A stretch of DNA of 64,000 nucleotides from Acidobacteriota bacterium (lineage in GTDB: Bacteria; Acidobacteriota; UBA6911; RPQK01; JAJDTT01). The stretch lies in contig CBDCJH010000002.1 in NCBI GenBank assembly GCA_965217775.1, forward strand, positions 3,136,001-3,200,000, given 5' to 3'. The position numbers were made by a program, and so were the translations under genes. This document shows positions 58,747 to 64,000 of the stretch, piece after piece. The number at the start of each line of letters is the position of its first letter. Position 1 is the stretch's first letter. The notes below the pieces were generated by a model. That model was not told the origin of the DNA. It worked only from the letters and a program-made list of their open reading frames with translations, and ran no database searches.

Positions 58747-60231
58747 TCAAGCCGCCCGGAACCGAAACGCGTAAAGCCGCGCGCGCCGCTGCAGCCAAAA
58801 GCTGAGCCGAACCGGTCTCCCCGCCAGATCGGACAGCCGGGCTCCCGACTTCCACCGAACCGTCCCCCGCAGGAAATCCCCAATCAGGGGCTCGCACTCC
58901 TCCTGGCCAAGACCCGGGACCGGAGCGCCGTCCACCCCCATGACCCCAACCTGAATCCGGCCGCCGGCTCCGCAATCGGCGTTCAGAGTCAGCCGTCGCC
59001 CCGAAAAGATCAGCGGCTTTGTGAGCAGGTGCCCCTGGGTCGACTCCGCGGCCTGAGCGACGAGCCGGTGACGCAGGTACCTGACCCGGCCGACGCCTCC
59101 CATGCCCGGCGCCCGCTTGACCTGTTCGTGACCGACGTCGAAACCGCCGTAGTACATCCAGATCTCGTCCCCCCGGGGAATCATTCCCACGCCCATGTAG
59201 ACCATGCGGCTGTCGAAGTCCCCTTCCCTTCCGGGACTCAGAAACGGATTGCGGTCGGGCCTCCGCCAACCCACGCTGTCGCGGCTGGTGGCGATCTGAA
59301 TCTCCAGGTTGTCCGTGTCGTGGTAGTAGGCCGCCGGAAACAGCAGGGAGACCCCGTCGGCGAACGGGTAGGGCTGGGCAGCCGAATTGTAGAGGTCCAT
59401 TCCCGGCGGATCCTCCCGGTCGGGCGCCAGGACCCGCTGCGGGCGGGGGAAGTCGCCGAAGGTCGCGCTCTCGGTCCGGCCGATGCAACGGATGGCTCCG
59501 CCCTTGAAGCGAGGGTACTGGTTGTCCCGGACGAAGCAGACGTATTTTCTCAGTCGGGAGTCGTAGTAGCAGACGTTGCAGGTATCGGTGTACCAGTCCA
59601 TCAGAGGACCGGAACCCTTGGTCCAACGGATCCCGTCGGGCGACGACGCACCTTCGATGGTGGGCCCCAGCCATTCCCGAGTCCACCCCCGATCCCGAAG
59701 CGTCATCCGGTACCCGTAACCACGCTTCTTGTCCCGTTCACCGAAGACACACTTGTACCGCTGACCCGGCTCCGCGGAAGGATCGAGAAACACCCCGCCC
59801 TCATGCTGGACGGTGAGGACGATATTGTTCTTCCGGCTGCCTTGAAACGGGGTCACCCCACAGGGCGGCTTGTCCCAATGAACGCCATCCTCCGACTCCG
59901 CGTAGCAGAGCCGGCTGACCTCGGCCGGATCGCCGAGCGCCCGGCCCGAGTACCACATTCGCACCCGTCCACCCTCATCTCCCACCGTGACCCAGGCCCA
60001 CACCCCGTCCTGATCCGTGGGTATGTCAGGCGAAATCACCCGGACGTGATCGGCCCGGACGGGGGTCACCCGGAGCCGGACGCCCTCTTTCCGCTCCACG
60101 AAGTGATCGTCCAGGAGCAACTGGGCCCGGTCGCCAACATCCAGCACCGTTTCTGAATGAGCGGTTCGAGCAACCAGCGCTCCCGCAAATCCGGTACCCA
60201 GAAACACGCGCCGATTCACCTGCAATGCCAT
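58747..60231 (-). CDS. Tat-exported beta-propeller glycosidase-like protein (paralog 5)
   Basis: NRRVFL; QLLLDDHFVE, RMWY, YAESEDGVHW, SSPDGIRW, TSRDSVGW; C-terminal LTKPLIFSG..LTLNAD...LYAFRF. Confidence 0.75.
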   Translation of the reverse strand: MALQVNRRVFLGTGFAGALVARTAHSETVLDVGDRAQLLLDDHFVERKEGVRLRVTPVRADHVRVISPDIPTDQDGVWAWVTVGDEGGRVRMWYSGRALGDPAEVSRLCYAESEDGVHWDKPPCGVTPFQGSRKNNIVLTVQHEGGVFLDPSAEPGQRYKCVFGERDKKRGYGYRMTLRDRGWTREWLGPTIEGASSPDGIRWTKGSGPLMDWYTDTCNVCYYDSRLRKYVCFVRDNQYPRFKGGAIRCIGRTESATFGDFPRPQRVLAPDREDPPGMDLYNSAAQPYPFADGVSLLFPAAYYHDTDNLEIQIATSRDSVGWRRPDRNPFLSPGREGDFDSRMVYMGVGMIPRGDEIWMYYGGFDVGHEQVKRAPGMGGVGRVRYLRHRLVAQAAESTQGHLLTKPLIFSGRRLTLNADCGAGGRIQVGVMGVDGAPVPGLGQEECEPLIGDFLRGTVRWKSGARLSDLAGRPVRLSFWLQRRARLYAFRFRAA

Positions 60232-60301
60232 GTCACCTCGCCGTCTCTTCCCCACTCTTTCCTCTTTTCTATTTTCTCTTACCTCTCTTCTCCCTCTTCC
60301 C

Positions 60302-61525
60302 TCACCAGTTGGTGATGGAGCCGTCAGGACGCCGATTCAGGGGAGCGCCCTCCATCGGCTCCGTGACTTCGGCCACCAGCTTCAGAGGTTTCGTATCGAC
60401 CTCCACACCCAGGCCCGGCCGGTCGGTGGGCCAGAGTTTTCCCTCCCGAAAGTCGTAGCTGACCGGCAGGTGCTCCAAGTCCTTTTTCCGGCCGCCCAAC
60501 ATCTCCATCAGCACGGGTCCCGGAAAGGCGTTGCAGGCTTGGACCAGGGCGGCGGTGGCAATGGGCCCGGTGAAATGGGGAACCAGCCCGACGTAGTGGG
60601 TCTCGCACAAGGCTGCGATCTTCATGAACTCGGTGATGCCGCCGGCGTTGGGCAGGGAGATCCTCGAATAGTCGATCAACCGTTCCTCGATCAACTCGTT
60701 GATGTCCCAGCGGTCGCCGAATTGCTCGCCGACGGCGATGGACACCTTCACCTGAGGGCGCAACTGCCGGTAGACACCCGGGTTCTCGCTGCGGATCAGG
60801 TCTTCGACGAAGTAGGGTTCCAGGTCCTCGATGAGGCTGGAGAGCCGGATGGCATCGGGCATGTCCAGACGCGTGTGGTAATCGATGGCCCAATCGCCGC
60901 TGGGTCCCACGCCTTTGCGCACCTCGACACAGAGCTTGTACGTGTCGCGAACGGATTGGCGCGGGTTGAACTGGTCGCCCGAACCCCGGGTGCTGGTTCG
61001 GTAGGCCCGGAAGCCGGCGTCCATGCAGGCGCGCGCCGCGTCGCGCGTGTTCTTGTAGCCGGGAAAACCCGTCGAGTAGCACTCGATGTGGTTCCGTACG
61101 GGACCTCCGAGCAAGTGGTAGACCGGGACCCCGAGAGCTTTGCCCCGGATGTCCCAGAGCGCCAGATCCAGGGCACCCAGAGCATGGATCTTTTCCCGCC
61201 CGGGCGGATAGAAGTGACCTCGGTACATGAGCTGCCACAAGTGCTCGATGCGGGCCGGGTTCTCTCCGATGAGCAGGCCGGCGCACTGGCGGATGGTGTC
61301 CGCCGATCCCCCTTCGCCCACCCCCACGATGCCCTGGTCAGTTTCGACAAGCGAGACGTGGGAACTCTGATTGAACATGACCCGGGAGGGAGCCTCATAG
61401 AAGCGAATCCGGGTGATCCGCATGGATGAGAGAGCCTGATGTGCTTCCCCACGAGCGTTTTGAGCCATGGCGGCGGCCAACCCGGCGGTTCCGGCCACCG
61501 AGCCGACGAATCGTCTCCGGTTCAT
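60302..61525 (-). CDS. Enolase-superfamily sugar-acid dehydratase-like enzyme with Tat signal
   Basis: NRRRFV; GALDLALWDIRGKALGVPVYHLLGG, IDYH, FVED, AVGEQ, GGITE, PH. Confidence 0.88.
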   Translation of the reverse strand: MNRRRFVGSVAGTAGLAAAMAQNARGEAHQALSSMRITRIRFYEAPSRVMFNQSSHVSLVETDQGIVGVGEGGSADTIRQCAGLLIGENPARIEHLWQLMYRGHFYPPGREKIHALGALDLALWDIRGKALGVPVYHLLGGPVRNHIECYSTGFPGYKNTRDAARACMDAGFRAYRTSTRGSGDQFNPRQSVRDTYKLCVEVRKGVGPSGDWAIDYHTRLDMPDAIRLSSLIEDLEPYFVEDLIRSENPGVYRQLRPQVKVSIAVGEQFGDRWDINELIEERLIDYSRISLPNAGGITEFMKIAALCETHYVGLVPHFTGPIATAALVQACNAFPGPVLMEMLGGRKKDLEHLPVSYDFREGKLWPTDRPGLGVEVDTKPLKLVAEVTEPMEGAPLNRRPDGSITNW

Positions 61526-61702
61526 GGATTCCTACCTTGCGTTGTTGTGCCGTGTGATAATCGAGTCTCCAGGAAAGCCCCCTTCTACGCAAGCCGGAGA
61601 CCGGACTTCTCAGTCCGGAGGATCGCTTCCGACACCCGGCGGCGCCATTTACACCGGGGCCAAAATTCACCAGCGAGTATCATGGAGGGCGGATTGGCAA
61701 TC

Positions 61703-64000
61703 ATGAATTTCATCCGAAGAGTTCTGGCGCCGGCTTCGGTCCTCTGCCTGGCGGCCGGCGTCCTCCTCGAGGCCCAAATCGACACCGGGACCATTCTGGG
61801 CCGCGTTCTGCTGGAGGACGGATCGCCTGCGGTGAAGGCCCAGGTCAGTCTGAGACACCAGGACACGAATCAACTTGTCGATCATCTCACCAGCCCAGCG
61901 GGCTATTTCCGGCGCGACGGTCTCCGGGTGGGGAAATATCAGTTGACCGTGACGCTGCCGGGATTCCGGACCGAAGTTCTCCGAGATCTGGATCTGCTGG
62001 TGGGACAGTCCCTCCGGGCGGATTTCCAACTCCGGCGGGGGACGGCCGCCGGCGCCTCGGTCAAACAGGCAGGACCGGCTCTGCTGGGAGCCGGAAGGAC
62101 GGATCTGGGACAGGTCATCGACCAGGAGAAACTCGACTCTTTGCCCGTCAACGCCCGGGACATCGGAAAGCTGGCCGGCTTGGCGGCCGGGGCTACTCCT
62201 TCGGCCTCGAACCGGGGCAGCGTCAAGGTCATGGGGATGAGGTTCAAGGACAATCTCACATATATCGACGGCACCCTCTTCACCCACGGAGACGGGGAGA
62301 CCTCCTTCAGGGCGAGTACCGACGCCTTGAAGGAGTTCGACGTGAAGACCGGCCTCTATTCGGCCGAGTACGGCGTGCGTCCCGGCGGCCAGATCACCGC
62401 CGTGACCAAGAGCGGCAGCAACCAGTTTCACGGAAACCTGTACTGGTTTCACCGGAACGACAATCTGGATGCCCGCAACTTCTTCGAACAGGGAAAGGCC
62501 GAATTCAAGCGCAACCAGTTGGGCGCGACCCTGGGGGGACCCATCCTGATCCCGGGCCTGTTCGATGGGACGGACCAAGCCTGGTTCTTCCTTTCCTACC
62601 AGTTCCGGTCGATTCGGGAGACCCGGCCCTTGACCGGAGTCGTTCCCACCGATGCCGAAAAACGAGGCGAGTTTTCATCGCCCATCCTGGACCCGGCGAC
62701 CGGACAGTTGTTCCCGGACGGCCGGTTGCCCGAGCAACGCCTGGATCCCGTAGCCAGGCAACTCCTCCACTACTGGCCGTCTCCGAATACGCCCGGCCCC
62801 CTGAACTTCACCAGTCCCGACTCAAAGGCGAATCTGGACAATCCCCAGCTCATCTCGCGCGTGGACCTTGCGACCTCGCCCGGCAACCGATGGGCCGGCC
62901 GCTTCATCTGGGATTCGAGTCCCCAGGTGTCCACACACACGTTCAGCGTCTTCTCCGCAGTGCAGCCCCTGCGGACCTACGGACAATCCATCTCCAACAT
63001 CAGGACGTTGGGAAACGGCCTGATCAACGCGGCGAGTATCCACTGGTTTTTCCGCCCCTATATCGCCGGTCCTTCCCGCGCCAAGCCCCAGGTCCCTTTG
63101 AGTCTCGGCATTCCGCAACTGCTGACGAGTGAAGCCGACCGGAGCGGCGTTCCCACGGTCGTCATCCAGGGCTACACGGGAATCGGCGACTCGGGCGCCG
63201 TGGGACACGCCAATCTGGGAAATTGGCAGGTCAAGGACGACGTCTCCTGGTCCCGCGGCGACCACACGTTGAGGGCAGGAGTCGAATTCCGGCAGCACTA
63301 CAACTTCTACGTGATGGAGCGCCGATCCCGATTCGAGTTTTTCAGCCGGTATACGGGAAATGCCTTCGCCGACTTTCTTCTGGGACATCCGGTGCGCACC
63401 GAGTTGGGCAGTGAGGACTTCCGGGGAAACTTCCACCAGAACAGCTTCTATTTCTACTTCAAGGACGTCTGGAGAGTCCGGCCCAGGTTGACCCTCACGC
63501 TGGGACTACGATACGAGCTTCGGCTCCCGTGGCGAGACAAGCGGGGCTTCATGGCCAACTTCGACGTGGCCGAGGGACGTCTGATTCCTCCGCTCTCGAT
63601 CGCCGACCCGCCGCCGCCCGAAACCGGCCGTTTCGAACCCGGCTTCCCCCTGGTCGAGTGGAACCGGGCTGCCGCCATCCTGCCCCGGTTGGGAATTTCG
63701 TTTCGACTCGGAAACGCTACCGTGCTGAGGAGCGGATACGGGATCTATTCCAACGAGCCCGATCTGAACATGGTTCAGGAAATGGCCAAGAATCCACGTC
63801 CGGGGGCCCGGCGCCTGGTGTTCCTCGCGCCCCTGGATCAGGCCACCTTGAGGTTGTCCGATCCGTTTCCGGAAAGCCTGGCGGATTCGGCGGCTCCCAA
63901 CCACTCGGGGATGCAGACGCCGCTTCCGCTTGCAACCACGCATTCGTGGGGGCTCACGCTTCAGCACCGGGTATCCCCGGGCGTCCTGCTGCAGGTAGGG
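61703..64000 (+). CDS. TonB-dependent receptor (3' truncated by window edge)
   Basis: MNFIRR...AQIDTGTILG, LPVNARD, DALKEFDVKTGLYSAEYG, HRNDNLDARNFF, RNQLGATLGGPI, LTLGLRYE. Confidence 0.9.
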   Translation, partial: MNFIRRVLAPASVLCLAAGVLLEAQIDTGTILGRVLLEDGSPAVKAQVSLRHQDTNQLVDHLTSPAGYFRRDGLRVGKYQLTVTLPGFRTEVLRDLDLLVGQSLRADFQLRRGTAAGASVKQAGPALLGAGRTDLGQVIDQEKLDSLPVNARDIGKLAGLAAGATPSASNRGSVKVMGMRFKDNLTYIDGTLFTHGDGETSFRASTDALKEFDVKTGLYSAEYGVRPGGQITAVTKSGSNQFHGNLYWFHRNDNLDARNFFEQGKAEFKRNQLGATLGGPILIPGLFDGTDQAWFFLSYQFRSIRETRPLTGVVPTDAEKRGEFSSPILDPATGQLFPDGRLPEQRLDPVARQLLHYWPSPNTPGPLNFTSPDSKANLDNPQLISRVDLATSPGNRWAGRFIWDSSPQVSTHTFSVFSAVQPLRTYGQSISNIRTLGNGLINAASIHWFFRPYIAGPSRAKPQVPLSLGIPQLLTSEADRSGVPTVVIQGYTGIGDSGAVGHANLGNWQVKDDVSWSRGDHTLRAGVEFRQHYNFYVMERRSRFEFFSRYTGNAFADFLLGHPVRTELGSEDFRGNFHQNSFYFYFKDVWRVRPRLTLTLGLRYELRLPWRDKRGFMANFDVAEGRLIPPLSIADPPPPETGRFEPGFPLVEWNRAAAILPRLGISFRLGNATVLRSGYGIYSNEPDLNMVQEMAKNPRPGARRLVFLAPLDQATLRLSDPFPESLADSAAPNHSGMQTPLPLATTHSWGLTLQHRVSPGVLLQVG

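Overview
GC-rich bacterial chromosomal segment. Gene content (carboxypeptidase-regulatory-like TonB-dependent receptors, a PSD1/PSCyt + DUF1501 operon, many Tat-exported hydrolases) suggests Acidobacteriota or a PVC-like lineage; this is an inference. Most of the window encodes secreted and periplasmic catabolic proteins: five paralogous beta-propeller glycosidase-like proteins, three Asp-box (BNR) paralogs, a GH42, an amidase, a GGT, two M19 dipeptidases, two enolase-superfamily enzymes and a CzcCBA/CusCBA efflux system. Small mobile DNA is layered on top: an IS110 end, an IS1634, a 158-159 bp MITE in four copies (one interrupted by the IS110), a second 159 bp hairpin MITE, and GTAG-footed REP-like palindromes. 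The most unusual signal is two integrase-less cargo islets (~23.4-24.5 kb and ~46.4-49.1 kb). Each is bracketed by a diverged duplicate of the 3' end of the neighbouring gene, and each carries the same ~23 bp quasi-palindrome (GAGAAGGGGACAGTCACCTTCTC type) about 10-13 bp from the duplication boundary. In the second islet this motif also marks the junctions between cargo pieces (ATPase, hypothetical, BrxL-like and HU fragments). No rRNA, tRNA or CRISPR array was seen. All family calls are from motif recognition, not database searches.
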